A model generated the notes under the pieces. That model was not told the DNA's origin, made no database searches, and saw only the letters and a list, made by a program, of their open reading frames with translations. The translations under genes and the position numbers were made by a program. A DNA stretch of 63,840 nt from Octopus bimaculoides (lineage: Eukaryota). Positions 12,351 through 26,917 of this stretch are shown here, piece after piece. The DNA lies in contig NC_068988.1 of NCBI RefSeq assembly GCF_001194135.2, positions 96,434,813-96,498,652 on the forward strand, read 5' to 3'. Within the stretch, counting starts at the first letter, position 1; the number at the start of each line of letters is the position of its first letter.

Positions 12351-13013
12351 TCACACTCTCTCATACACACACACATCTGTTGAGGGTAATACAATAATTC
12401 AAATTAATGTAACAAGGCCTCAACGCCATTTCTTTCTGACAAATCCTCCTACTTGAGGAGAGCAATACTGATATTTAGTGTTGACTTTAACAACAAACAA
12501 TTGCTTTTGAGGGGAATTCATAGCCGATAAATAAATAAAACAAGGAAATGGAATTAAAAACAAACAAACAAAAGTGCATGCATTCACGAGAAGTATTTCA
12601 ACATCCGGTCAAATCCTTCAGTTTTTACAAAGACATCCGAAGAGGAAACGTGTGCCTGGGGCTTTCCGTTCCTCTTTTTCCGAATATGATATTAACGCCC
12701 ATTTAGTCTGCCTTGTCTGGATCCAGTGATAACAATAGATGACATTGAAGGCGGCAGAACCTCTCGAAACATCTCGAGATTGGAGCCACAGATATGTTTA
12801 TGACGTAAAGCCCGAGCATGTTGCTCTTCGCCAGTCAAATTTCCACAATTTAGAGTTCCGTCAAAATTGCTGACTCACCATTTTTCACATACTTCTCTCT
12901 TATTTTTTTTTTTCCTTTTCTTTCTTCAGCCCTTTCGCTTCGACTGACGTTTAAAGAACAGTATTTGCCTATCGATTTTTGCCAAATTCATACATATTCA
13001 CAATAGCTTCAAA

Positions 13014-13052
<39 letters not shown>

Positions 13053-13641
13053 TATATATATATGTATGNNNNNNNNNNNNNNNNNNNNNNNNNNNNNNNN
13101 NNNNNNNNNNNNNNNNNNNNNNNNNNNNNNNNNNNNTATATATATATATATACACACATACGTATACATATATATATGTATATATATATGTGCATATATA
13201 TGTATATATATATATATATATATATACATACACACTCATGTACACACATATATGCATATATATATATATGAGGATGTGAGTGAAGTACATCTTAGTATAA
13301 TGATTTGGGTATAACAAGGGGACATAAGATGCAGACTTCCCGTGATGTATTCCCACAATTGAAAAGGTTGCAAGACGCAACGAAAATTTTAGTAAAAATA
13401 AGTAAATGCGTGGAAATCAGACCGGTGAGTGTGTTAGATTAATAAGGCACTAAATGAGAATGACACTCCTCAGACACAATAAAATATGCTTCATCACACG
13501 AATTCACATAAAGAATCTTGCAGCGACATACAAAAACGAAATATATATACATATACACTTAGATACTTAGATAAGTTTTGGCCATTATTGGGCCAGACCC
13601 ATGTCTACCGGGAAACGACATTTAAAGGTGTTTCATATGAG

Positions 13642-14110
13642 TCATTCTTTGGGCACAATGACCCATTCGAATAGAGAATTTTTATTTGCAGAGACATATC
13701 CGGAGGTAGGTTGTTTACCTGTAAATCATTGGAGATATTCGTCCAGGAACCATTTAAATATTAGGGGATCTTTTCCTTCTCTTATGTGTCTTGGTATGAT
13801 GTTAAAGAGAGCTGGGCCAGTTGAGATGAATTAGTTCTGTCTGAGTATTGAGATGTGGTGCGAACGTGACTTTTGACTCTTGTAGATGACAGATAGCACG
13901 GGGACCAAGCCTCTGGTACATTTTAAAGCGGATCCCAGTTCTGTCGATCTCCTTCAAGACGTCACATAAGACAATAGATTGTGGAGAATTTCGGAGCAAT
14001 TTCTATTATTTTGGCTCGTAGAAATATATGTCCATGTATAGAGATGTATCTGCATAAAGAAAGTACGATGGGAAGACGATTTGTCTGCTGTTGATAACAT
14101 GTTGAGATAT
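13642..14110 (-). mobile_element. LINE (CR1/L2-like group) reverse transcriptase C-terminal remnant
   Basis: Minus strand TGPALFNIIPRHIREGKDPLIFKWFLDEYLQ*FTGKQPTSGYVSANKNSLFEW matches the GP.LFN.LP...FK..LD.YL....P...NSL terminus of CR1/L2-type ORF2; frameshifted. Confidence 0.7.
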
Positions 14111-16206
14111 CAGGTGGAGGCTACCGAAGCAGAAGACATTAAGACTTAAGCTGAAGGTGAATTGGCGAACGTTCTAAATCAGAGGTGAGTCTCCATTGTT
14201 GGCTCGTATATATTATATATATGAATATGTGTGTGCGTGCATGTGTATGTGTGTTTGTGTGTTTGTGTATGTGTTTAAGTATACACACACACAAACGCGC
14301 GCACACACACACACACATACACACACACACACACCGCGTGCTGATGCAGTTCTATGTATCTCCTTCAAGATGTAACATTCTTGGAATACCGCTGGATAAA
14401 GCAGTGCATCCAGAATATGACAACTGGCGAAAGGATGCCTATATCTGCTGCTCACAGTTCGATAAGGGCCTAAAATAATTTACGAATGCATGGCGTACGC
14501 AATTGAGATATACTCGCTCGCGAGTGACGCCTCGTTCTACAATAATATATAATTAAACAGCATATCGTTATATATTAGGAATCAGTTGATTAACAGCCTG
14601 ATTCGTCAATGAATTCTTGATAAATGTAAGCTATATGATGCATTGAATTTCTTTTCTTTCCTTCTTCGTCTATACTCGAGAATACACACGCACACACACA
14701 TACGTATACACAGACGGACACACATGGATGTATTTATGTATGCACGTAAGTGTGTATATATGTATCTGTATAAATACATGCACACACACTCGTATATCTA
14801 GGAGTGTCTCGTTATATACCTAACCCAATACACATGCATGTCTACAGCCTTGTAACTTGTAAATGCAGAACATATTTCTCCAGTAAAACTGTACACCATT
14901 GCTCAACCTCTGAGTATTAATTGTATGTTATGAAATACAGAGACCACCACCACCACCACCACCACCACTAAAATAGCAAAACAGTAACCATAAAAAACAA
15001 CAACAACAGCATCAATAACAATGTCAACAACAACCAATTTTAACAACGACCGCTTCTGCTGTTTTTGCTGCGGTTGCTGTTACTGCTGCTGCTGCTGCTG
15101 CTACTACTACCACTACTACTCACACAAATCTATACACATATACACACTTACACAAGCACACACAAACGTAAATTCATCCGATGTGATGCCTTTAGGGAGG
15201 AAAGATTTCTACAATAGAAGGTTATGTCAACAGAACAATTTCGAAGCCGAAACAGGGATTATAATGACTCGTTTTTAACACAATACACTTTTCACTCTTT
15301 CCATTTGTGTAAAAAGACAATCATTTCTGCTATCTCTGTCTCTTTCTCGCACTAATTTTTCTTTTCTTTTTGCAACAGAAATGAAACGAAAAGTCAATTC
15401 TGCTGCAATTCCAAACACGAATTCTTACAATACAAATGATAAATTTATAGGTTATCAGTCTCTCTACGGAGCATTTGGAATAATTTTAGATATGTTTTAG
15501 GAGAATTAAAAAAAAAAATGTTAGCATAGAACAGTCAGATAGCCAGAGGTGGCTTGGGTGTGTCTCAATAGGCTCAAACGAACCTTTGAGATTCCTTCAA
15601 CAAATCTTGTCAGTAGAGTTTTAGTTTTAGGGGCAGATGAAAATGTCTTAAGGCAATAGCTTTCGAATACCTCGATTACTTGAGAATTTTTAAAAATGAA
15701 AGCCAGGCTGTTTGATTGATATTGATGTGGGGATAGGGCGATTGGGTGCGACTGTTTAACCGCTGGTAATTTGATGCGGCTGCTTTAGCGATGGAGGGAA
15801 ACACACACGCAGATACATGCGCATGTGCGCGCAGATATATACACATACAAATAAAGAGTAAGAGAGGGAGGGAATGCGAGAGAAGGAGGGATACTATATG
15901 ATTTATTCATTAAGCACGATTGACATAAATACTCTCCTTTTCCTCATACACACACATAAGGAGAGAGAGAGAGAGAGAGAGAGAGAGAAGCATTAAGATG
16001 TCTGATGTCAAATAAGTCAGCGTCGAATCAATGGGCGGCACCAAAACGTCGCATTCCTATGAATATTGCGGTACTAAAGCCAGAAGAGAGTAAAAGCAGA
16101 AGAGCATAAAAGTTGCTTCACCGATCTTAGTTACTTCATTTTAGTATTTGAGTTCAACTCCTGCTAACGTTGACTTTATCTTTCATTCTGACAAACTTCT
16201 TAAAAT

Positions 16207-16393
16207 ATTCTTTTCTACTCTAAGCACAAGGCTCGAAATTTTTGGGCAGGGGCCAGTCGATTAGATCGACCCCAGTACGCAACTGCTACTTAATCTATCG
16301 ACCACGAAAGGATGAAAGGCAAAGTCGACCTCGGCAGAATTTGAACTCAGGACGTAAAGACAGACGAAATACCGCTAAGCATTTCGCCGCCTT
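16207..16393 (-). mobile_element. tRNA-derived SINE, family A
   Basis: High similarity to 44662-44878 and 53933-54152. Confidence 0.9.
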
Positions 16394-17398
16394 AAGTTAG
16401 GTATTAATGTTAGCTAAAGCAATGAGTACCCTAATTCTTCAATTTTTCGATATATAAACATTCAGCATACACACAAAGATATCTTTTTTCTTCCTAAATC
16501 TGGAAATTTAAATAATTCTTTATAAAGTTTAGGTGGATTAATATGTCTTCGCACTTACACTTCATAAACCAGTTGGAGTATGTTTGAACAATCATTGGCA
16601 AGCATCTTGCTCACACTCCCCTCCTCACCATCCAAGTTACTTGTAGTTCCAATAGACAAAAAGGATCCGGTTTCAAGTAATAGCTAAGATAAAAGTGAAA
16701 CATAAGTATGCAACATTTTTTTCATCCCCTGAATCAGAACAGCACTTTGTTCCCCTGGTATTTTAAACTATAATCTGATATTTTAGAACCATCTAAATGA
16801 CTGTTCTTGATGGTTTGTAACCGTATATGAGGTTGGCAAACAGTTTCAAGAAAACGTTAAAGAAAAAAATATTTGAAAAAAAAAAAAATAGAAGATAAAC
16901 CAGAAAACATGAAATAAAATAAAGAAGTAAAAAAAACTAAACGCAACTGGAATATTATTTGTTTCCTCAAGGAGCCATAACGAACTCCTAACCACCTCAA
17001 ACGTGCTTTATCAATCGAGTTCCTATTGGAATGGTTACGTTATCAAGTGAGCATCTCGTTTCCTATGAGTGATTAATTACGACGCATGTGGCCAGATGAA
17101 TTTTGAATGATTTTCTAAAGGGAATCTTACAACAGCTGTGGCCTCGAGGAACAGAAACATCCATTCTCATTAATATTATTAAAGAAAATGGCAAACTGTG
17201 GACAGTTTATTGGTTTCATCCTCTTTTTTCTTCATAATTGGAGTGGATAGTGTGTTTTTGGGGTAGTTGTTGCTTAATAGATTGTTACTGAGATTGATAA
17301 TTTCTTCGTGGTGTGTATCACGATCGCTACTTATATTCTTGGCTCGATGTTTTAGGCATCGATTTATAAGTCCTAAAATTCACTCCATAATTGCCCAC

Positions 17399-17632
17399 GG
17401 GCGTATGGCGTAGTGGTTAAGAGCGCGGGATACTAACCCCAAGATTGTAGGCAGTGACCTGAATAATAATAATAATAATAATAATAACAACAACATCGAA
17501 AAATACCTTAGGAATGAGAACCCAGAATCGAAATTTTCCTATATATGTATATTTTCCTGGAGGGTATATCAGCCGAAACGTTGTGTTAATAACAAACAAG
17601 ATGAGGACAAATATCCGTCGAATGTAAATAAT
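17399..17632 (+). mobile_element. tRNA-headed SINE-like element of the hammerhead-bearing family (core replaced in this copy)
   Basis: A-box TGGCGTAGTGG at 17406-17416 with tRNA-like D/anticodon region, (AAT)n, then a body ACATCGAAAAATACCTTAGGAATGAGAAC...GGAGGGTATATCAGCCGAAACGTTGTGTT...ATATCCGTC.AATGTAAATAAT shared with 40685-40838. Confidence 0.75.
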
Positions 17633-18714
17633 ATAGCGTATTATTCTTTGACCTGCATATTATTCTTAATGCACCCGGGCAGATTCGAACGTGAATGTGT
17701 TTATCACCGTTGTGTTTCGTCACAAGAAAACAACTCCTTTACAACGAATGTGTGTTCATAACACACAGACTTCATTACTTTAAAGGATTCTGCGACAGCT
17801 GGTGTTTTGAAATCGTTGACTCTTGTCAGCTCGAATCACCTCAGACCAATGAATTTAACAAGAGTTGCTGTTCTTGTTCATAACTTCATTGAACAAACTG
17901 TTTGATAATCGATGTTGATATCTATCGACCGATATTAAATCGCCTTATACACTGTGAACAACAAGAATCAAAACGGTGACTTGCATATTTAATCTTCATT
18001 CATTCTCATGTCATTTTCTCAAATTTCTGTTTCCTATCAGTTGGATTGAATTCGAGAAGTAATGATACAAAGAATTCAAAAGCTATTTACTCTAGAATAA
18101 TTCCTTTGACGAAGGCTTTGTTATAAAAGAACAAACAATTGGAACTGCAGTTTCACCATGCTATCTATCATTTCTGGAATTATTTCTTGATAAGAATCAG
18201 TTTTGTCTTTTTTCAGTCAGGGATCAACGGCCAATAACACAAAATGCGAACATTTAAACATATTGTAGTTATTTCAATTAAATTTACCAGCCTCCCTTTA
18301 CCAAGAGCTGTGTAATATAACGATTCTGAATATGTTTTAATTTTGACACTGGTTATCTAGTTCCATTCTAGCGCGTTAATTAGAAATACGTCTTTGGGTA
18401 ACCTGCTAAAGCTGTGAAGAGAAAGATAAGCTTCGGGCAAAACTGGTCTACAAAAGAGGTTTAGTTCCTAATTCTAGCCATTTCAGTTTGCTCGTGTCAC
18501 TACTAACCTCATTATATATATAAACACGGTACATACATACATACATACATACACGCTTACACATACATACATACATACACGCTTACACATACGTACACAC
18601 ATACATATATCCATACGCATATATATATATGTTTATATATGTATATTTATAGATACATAATTACATTCACGCCCTTAAAGATGATAATGCTTTCGCCCTA
18701 ATATACATACCAGC

Positions 18715-18752
<38 letters not shown>

Positions 18753-19181
18753 NNNNNNNNNNNNNNNNNNNNNNNNNNNNNNNNNNNNNNNNNNNNNNNN
18801 NNNNNNNNNNNNNNNNNNNNNNNNNNNNNNNNNNNNNNNNNNNNNNNNNNNNNNNNNNNNNNNNNNNNNNNNNNNNNNNNNNNNNNNNNNNNNNNNNNNN
18901 NNNNNNNNNNNNNNNNNNNNNNNNNNNNNNNNNNNNNNNNNNNNNNNNNNNNNNNNNNNNNNNNNNNNNNNNNNNNNNNNNNNNNNNNNNNNNNNNNNNN
19001 NNNNNNNNNNNNNNNNNNNNNNNNNNNNNNNNNNNNNNNNNNNNNNNNNNNNNNNNNNNNNNNNNNNNNNNNNNNNNNNNNNNNNNNNNNNNNNNNNNNN
19101 NNNNNNNNNNNNNNNNNNNNNNNNNNNNNNNNNNNNNNNNNNNNNNNNNNNNNNNNNNNNNNNNNNNNNNNNNNNNNNNNN

Positions 19182-19223
<42 letters not shown>

Positions 19224-19635
19224 GCACACATCTGAAGGTTAACTTTACTACAAGTATCTTCAACACTGCTTTGTTTCTTAACTCTCCACTGATGACAGAG
19301 ACGAGACATTCGTTCTTTTCAACAGAGTCTGACACGTTAGGAGCTACATGTACTAAGGTTGACCTCACTAATAACTGACTAACAGTCAAACAGAATCCAA
19401 CTGGTTGTGCAGACCCCACCACTCACATGCAGGCACACATACACACACACACATACACATCCATGTATACATACAGACATATATGCATACTTACAGACAA
19501 AGAGCTCGCACATATATGATATACAATATACACATACACACACACACATATATATGCGTATAAGAAGGGATGACCACTAAGTGGACATCCGATATGCTAG
19601 AAAAAGATCATCTACGATCTAACCACAAAGAAAAG

Positions 19636-19810
19636 AATGTTCTCTAGAAAAAATTCAGCAAACACCAGAACATAAGCGGGCAAGACAAATGAAAAGATAC
19701 AAAATAAAGATGGCGAAACCCGGTATACGATCAATTCTTTATTTTGTATATTTTCATTTGTCTTGCCCGCTTATGTTCTGGTCTTTGCTGAATTTTTTCT
19801 AGAGAACATT
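19636..19810. repeat. Long inverted repeat: 75-bp arms (19636-19710, 19736-19810), 25-bp spacer
   Basis: Arms match at 73/75 by eye. Confidence 0.9.
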
Positions 19811-20117
19811 CTAGAGAACATTTTATATTTTTCGTATTTTCTTAGCTTTTTGCAGTCGGTTTGGAACAGTAAAGTATCCGAGGTTTCCAGACCATCACAG
19901 TTTCATTATCAGGAAATGAATTGAATATATTTGACATTTGTCTTGTTTCTTATTTACTGATTGAATTCACGCAGACTTTCCCTCGAAAAAGGATTTTTCG
20001 CTGCTAGAATCACGCACGCACACACGCACACACATATACACTCACATATATACAAATATATACACGTACTTATATATGTCTGTAAATAAATATATATGCG
20101 TATGTATTTATGACTAT

Positions 20118-20309
20118 ATTCTTTTCTGCTGTAGGCACAAGGCCCGAAATTTGGAGGGAGGGGCCAGTCGATTAGATCGACTCCGAAAAGATAAAAGGCA
20201 AAGTCGACCTTGGCGGAATTTGAACTCAGAACGTAAAGACAGACGAAATACCACTAAGCATTTCGCTAAGCATTTTGCCCGGCTAATGATTCAGCCAGCT
20301 AGCCGCCTT
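20118..20309 (-). mobile_element. tRNA-derived SINE, family A, internal deletion
   Basis: Similarity to the other family A copies. Confidence 0.85.
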
Positions 20310-20614
20310 GTTTGTGACTATATTGTATTCCTGGATCCTTGCGGATGTGCCTAAGTACATCTGAGTGCTAATATATTGCGTATGTGTAAACACTTGTGCT
20401 TGAGCGTGAATAAATAGTTTATTTTGTAGGAAATACATGTACTTTCATTTTTGTAATCTTTTATTCGCGTCTAGAGACACTTTACTCTTTGTCGTGATAA
20501 AAGTGACACCCATCGTCTTCTCCAATACAGTTTTAAGTGATCAGGAAAGGATTGTGAAACTCGGAATGACAACAAAGAAATCTTAGTAATACTAGTTTGC
20601 AAAATAAAACGAAT

Positions 20615-20678
<64 letters not shown>

Positions 20679-20892
20679 ATTCGTCTATGTGTGTGTGTGT
20701 GTGTGTGAGCTATCAACATGTTAGTAACTCACAGCCAATCTGTCAATAAAAAATTTGAATTCGGCAGTAAATTAAATTAAATTATAGTGATAACAAATAT
20801 TGTATAAATTAATGTGTATACACACACAAACAACCACTCACTCACACACACACACACACATACATATATTTACACACACACACACATACATA

Positions 20893-20927
<35 letters not shown>

Positions 20928-22644
20928 GCTTACATGTAGCATAGTTTTATTTGTTTAAAAAAACCGTAAGAAAAAAACCAAGTGATATTCATCTGTTGTT
21001 CCTCTCATTTTTGCCGCACTCCTTCGAATTTATTTTCTTCCCAAAGCAAACACTGAAGTTCCTTGTCTCACAGTGCGATTGTCTTCTCTTTATCAATGAT
21101 GGATAACTTTATAAAAATATAAAACAACAGAACAAGAATCTAAACGTTTCCATTCAAATATGGCAGCTAGACTGAAATTTAATGAGAAAAAGTGAAAAGA
21201 AGAACTGAAATAATGCTGTCGTCATGTACCAAATGGCCGGGCATTGCTGTTAGACTGAATTACTATTTTGTGTGATGCCTGAGGTTTTCCCGACCTCCTT
21301 CTAGATAACATTTTACGAATACAAATCGTGTTTTATTAATGTATACGTATACACATGCTTAACATTTATGTGTGTATATATGTATAGGCATGTCTGGATA
21401 TCTGCGCGCGCGTGTGTCCTTGTAATACAAATTTACACGCTAAGATGTACCCATAAATGGAGGTGCTGTATGGCAACAGCCTGAAGGCTGAAGCCACCAG
21501 GAGAGCAAAGGGCTAAAGAACTAAAGTGTATACCCCTCCCTAAATACACATCACAACAGCCACGAACACACATATACAAACATCTGCATATATATATATA
21601 TATGTACATCGAGAAAGGGAGAGAAACGACAAAGAGAGGAGAAAAGAGAGACAGATAGAGATTTTTACGATAAACCACCCACATTGACCCACACTCATAC
21701 ACACACACACGTGTATACATATCTATTTGTATGTGTGTGTGTGTGCGTGTGCGTGCGCGCGAGTTTAAACACGTTTCGTTAACTCCGCAGCCATATTTCA
21801 TTTTGATAAGCTTGATGTTCCTTGATGTCTTGTGCCTCTGTTTTGCGTTGTACGCTTCTTACTTTCTGGAATTGGAACATAGAAATACGTCTGCTATATC
21901 TTGTATTTGGTTTGATTTCTTTAGGTCAGTGCAATATTTCTTATGTTATATCAAATACAATGATTTCTTTCATTTTCGCAAAGATTGAGATTCGTAAAAT
22001 GATTTAAAGTCGTGATAGGAGAAGTTGAACTATTCAATCATTTACTACAAACATAAGAAAGAGAATTCCGTATACAAGAAATATAAAATAAAATGTAATA
22101 TGATAAATAAATGAAGACAAAAACATGCAAAATAAAAGGGAAATGAAAGGCAATCGAATCTGGCAGGGAAACTTACTAGAAATCGTCGCCCGATTTTTGC
22201 TTCTTTTTCAAGTTAGAAATAATCTGGCATCATCCTGAAAATACGGTTGAAATAATTCTTTAATTGAACAAACGCACAAAATCACCAGCCAACGACGGGC
22301 TCACTTTTCGGTCGTTTGATCTACTTGAAGTAACAGTCAAATATTTCTTAAATCACAACGTAAGGACAAACATATTGAACACTTCGATTGACAGACGTTT
22401 CACGAGATCAAAGTTCTAAAACCAAAGTTCTAAAACATTGCTTTTGCGAAGCTTCTGTCTTGTGAACTGTAAGGCTTTAGGATGCGGTTGGAGAGATATT
22501 TGGTTACTTCGTCGGGCCTATCCAAGCGACCTTATTGGTTCCTAATTTTCCTGTGCTTCGATGTTGATGCTACATGCAATAAAGTTTAAAGTTCCTTCGA
22601 ATAATTTTTGCCAAAGTGTGTTCTCCTCTCCATTCTCTCCCTCC

Positions 22645-22880
<236 letters not shown>

Positions 22881-22910
22881 TATCTGCATTCCAGAAGTAT
22901 TTAGACTACT

Positions 22911-23105
22911 CTAACTTCCTTCAAAGTAGGATCCTATCACGTCAATGCACTTGTAGCGCTCCATCCACTTCGTGAAGGCTCAATGGAAGTCACCCAAAGA
23001 GAAGATGCTCAGGACCCGTGTTACAGCCTTCTTCATCTATAAAACGATGGACCCTGGGGTCCTTCAGATTGGGAACGCAACCAAAAGTCACAAGGAGCAG
23101 GTCTC
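22911..23105 (-). pseudogene. Mariner transposase C-terminal remnant
   Basis: Minus strand DLAPCDFWL...(fs)...[40 protein letters not shown], the mariner (YSP)DLAPxDF and W..C....G.YFE motifs. Confidence 0.8.
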
Positions 23106-23224
23106 TTTCAAGTGATTGGTTACCAGGATGGAATTGTAACGAGCGCTGTTTAGTAGGGTGTGTTCAAAGAGCAGTCTCCTTCAATCTGCATGAACATAAG
23201 TTGGCAGGTCAGCTTATTAGATAT

Positions 23225-23525
23225 GTTGTTCCTTTTCGAGCTAAGTCAGGCTCACGAGGGCCGGTTTCCCGGTTTCATTGGCGTATAGGTTCCCCACCTG
23301 GACGGGACGCTGGTCCGTCATAGGTGACCTGCTAGATGCAGGAACAAAGAGTGAGAGAAAGTTGTGGCGAAAGAGTCAGCAGAAGTTCGCCATTACCTTC
23401 TGTCGGAGCCGCGTGGAGCTTAGGTGTTTCGCTCATAAACACACACATCACTCGGTCTGAGGTTCGAACCCACGATCCCTCGACCGGGAGCCCGCTGCTC
23501 TAACCACTAGGCCATATGCCTCCAC
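23225..23525 (-). mobile_element. Full-length tRNA-derived SINE, family C (V-domain-like centre)
   Basis: Minus strand A box TGGCCTAGTGG, B box GGTTCGAACC, centre ACC..TGACGGACCAGCGTCCCGTCCAGG, (AAC) tail. Confidence 0.85.
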
Positions 23526-23931
23526 ACTTACTAAATGTGTAGTAACGAGAAACTAAAGTTACAACAAACTAGGACAGTTATGACCACTTCTAAAAAGTGT
23601 ATATGTGTGGATATACATAGACTCATATATAACATATACACACACACATATACATAAACAAACACACCTACATGGTTGCGTGTGCATGTGTGTGTGAGTG
23701 TGCGCTGGGCTATGTGTGTGTACATGTGTGTACATGTGGGTATAGTTTATTGAGACTGAATTTGTTTTATCGCTACTCAAGTCTCTCCCCTTAACAAAAT
23801 CTTCAGGAAAATCGTAATTGTTTGAAATGAGTGAAAACAAGAGTCCCCCAGTCATACTCCACACAATGTGCTGAGTTCTCTTTTTCTCCTATGTTCACAG
23901 ACTAAAATATTTGAATGTATATACATATATG

Positions 23932-24036
<105 letters not shown>

Positions 24037-24338
24037 ACATAAACACATATACTCACATATATATGGAGAGATGTGTATGTGTGTGATCATATCTTTCTTA
24101 TCAATTTTAACAAGAAATTTCTTAAGCCATACATTTTTCGCTGCAGAGGGTTCTAATTCGTTGAAAAAAAAAAATGCAAAATAAAAATATCTCTAGAATA
24201 AAATATATTCATTCGAAGGAAAGAAAGAAAGCGATTCATTTTACAGTTTATTTCAGAGAAGATTAATCATAATTTGTGTTGAAAAGGTTCTTAAATTTCA
24301 TGATTATAATTGATAATTAACAATTATGTTGGTATATT

Positions 24339-24488
24339 ACATACATACATACATACATACATACATGCATGCATACACATATACATACATACATACATAC
24401 ATATATACATATATACGTACAGAATACATACATACATGCATGCATACATACATACATGCATATATACATTCATACATACATACATACA

Positions 24489-24517
<29 letters not shown>
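24339..24517 (+). repeat. (CATA)n microsatellite
   Basis: Direct reading. Confidence 0.9.
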
Positions 24518-24519
<2 letters not shown>

Positions 24520-25588
24520 TTCTTTCGATGTTTTAGCAAATTCCGAAAACACTGAATAAAAATATTTATATAGATNNNNNNNNNNNNNNNNNNNNNNNNN
24601 NNNNNNNNNNNNNNNNNNNNNNNNNNNNNNNNNNNNNNNNNNNNNNNNNNNNNNNNNNNNNNNNNNNNNNNNNNNNNNNNNNNNNNNNNNNNNNNNNNNN
24701 NNNNNNNNNNNNNNNNNNNNNNNNNNNNNNNNNNNNNNNNNNNNNNNNNNNNNNNNNNNNNNNNNNNNNNNNNNNNNNNNNNNNNNNNNNNNNNNNNNNN
24801 NNNNNNNNNNNNNNNNNNNNNNNNNNNNNNNNNNNNNNNNNNNNNNNNNNNNNNNNNNNNNNNNNNNNNNNNNNNNNNNNNNNNNNNNNNNNNNNNNNNN
24901 NNNNNNNNNNNNNNNNNNNNNNNNNNNNNNNNNNNNNNNNNNNNNNNNNNNNNNNNNNNNNNNNNNNNNNNNNNNNNNNNNNNNNNNNNNNNNNNNNNNN
25001 NNNNNNNNNNNNNNNNNNNNNNNNNNNNNNGATTTGTTGGCCTTTTATGTTTTTATAATTATGTTATGTTATATATTATATTCATAGTATTTAATGTAAT
25101 ATTGTAATATAAATAAATTATTGGATTGTAAATTGAATATCTCTATATTTAATTTATCTTTATATATATTTACTGACTTATATATATATATATTTATATA
25201 TATATAGGGCTGAACCTTTGAATTAGTTGTGCAATCCATCCGAGGGCTTCCACACAACTCCGTCTATTCCGTTTTATTTACAAGGCTTAGGTCCACCCGA
25301 AGCTAAGCGAACTCCTTTACCACTCAGCCATGCTTGTATCCCCTACATACACAAACGGACGCATACACACATGCACATAATTACACATACACTCATGTAC
25401 TCCCACATGACATACTAATTAATACGAGAAGGGATGAAATCAATTCATTCTAGTAGAGGCATATATACACGCGTATATACGTGCAAGCCTGCTCACACAC
25501 ACACGCACACACACATATATATATACGTATATATACACACACCCATATTATACTATGTGTTATATATATATATTATATACCATGTATG

Positions 25589-25651
<63 letters not shown>

Positions 25652-26885
25652 ATTGCTGTAATATATATATATCATATATGTAGAAATATATTATATATAT
25701 ATATACATATATACATGCATACCTACATATACACGCACTCTCGTACATACATGCAAACATACGTGTGCGTACACACACACACATGCACGCACGCACGCAC
25801 AGATGCGTGCTATGTGCGTATGTCTATAAAAGAATGACTATATTTGATTAGTCAGCAGAAATAATGAACTATTTGGCTGTATAAAGGCACAAGTGATTCT
25901 ACTTAATAAACACTTTTTTAAGAACACAAGAATATCTCTGTCAGATTCCACTGAACTGGTATATATATTTACTATTTGCATATTTACTGTATATTTACTG
26001 TGACCGAAGGCTATAAATAAAACAGGACACTAGCAAGATGTACAGATTGAACCTTAAATCAAACAGGAAACCTTTACGTTATGATTTGATCTGCAAGAAA
26101 TAGGCGCTAAACCTCTCTCTAATCATATTCAACTATTATAAGGGGAGGCCCATTGAAACAAGTAATCCTACATAATCGTAAAAGATGAGATGACCACAAC
26201 AAGAATGTTTTTGATGATTGTCCTGTTGTTCGCTAGGACTAACCTGGATTTTAATAACAATACAATTAAAACTCTTTTGAAGTAGCTTTGGTCAGAGAAC
26301 TCCTCTTCTATATTTCGACACTTAAAGAATGGATAAATGATATTTCACGACAGTTATTTCTGTAGTTCAAATAATTCAATAGGACCGATGATTTCAAGAA
26401 AATTAGTATACTATATAAATATAATCCGGTTATTTTTTATTGTTGTTTTATAATTTCAAACATTTTGTCAAATACTTGACGTCGGAAAGCGGAAGATTTG
26501 TCAAATACTCTGTATTAAATAGATGCGTCTCGAAAGTTAATATTTCGATTGGTTCAGAAATTCAGTTGATATTGTTGAAAGTGGTAATGTTTGGGAGAAT
26601 ATAGCGATACATCTTCAACCAATCTAAAGCTTCTGAAGCGGAGCGGGCGAAGTAAAACCCACTGAGATGGATACAATAAATATTCAACAGATACAGGTCT
26701 ATAAAATATCATACAGCATAAATTTTTGATTTATCTAAATTACTTAATGCAGATGATTCTACAGTTATGTATGTTATACATTTTGGGACTAAAATCTAGA
26801 CAAAAGTAATCGAACGGTCTCTTATCACTTCTACAGAGACAGTCAAGCGTATTATCCGCAGTCCTTTCACACAATTAGGCTGTAT

Positions 26886-26917
<32 letters not shown>

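Noticed and set aside
12800-12835. Minus-strand CTGGCGA-A-GAGC-aacat-GCTC
   Set aside because: Helix II resembles the 9039 family, but the core A6 and GAAA are absent.
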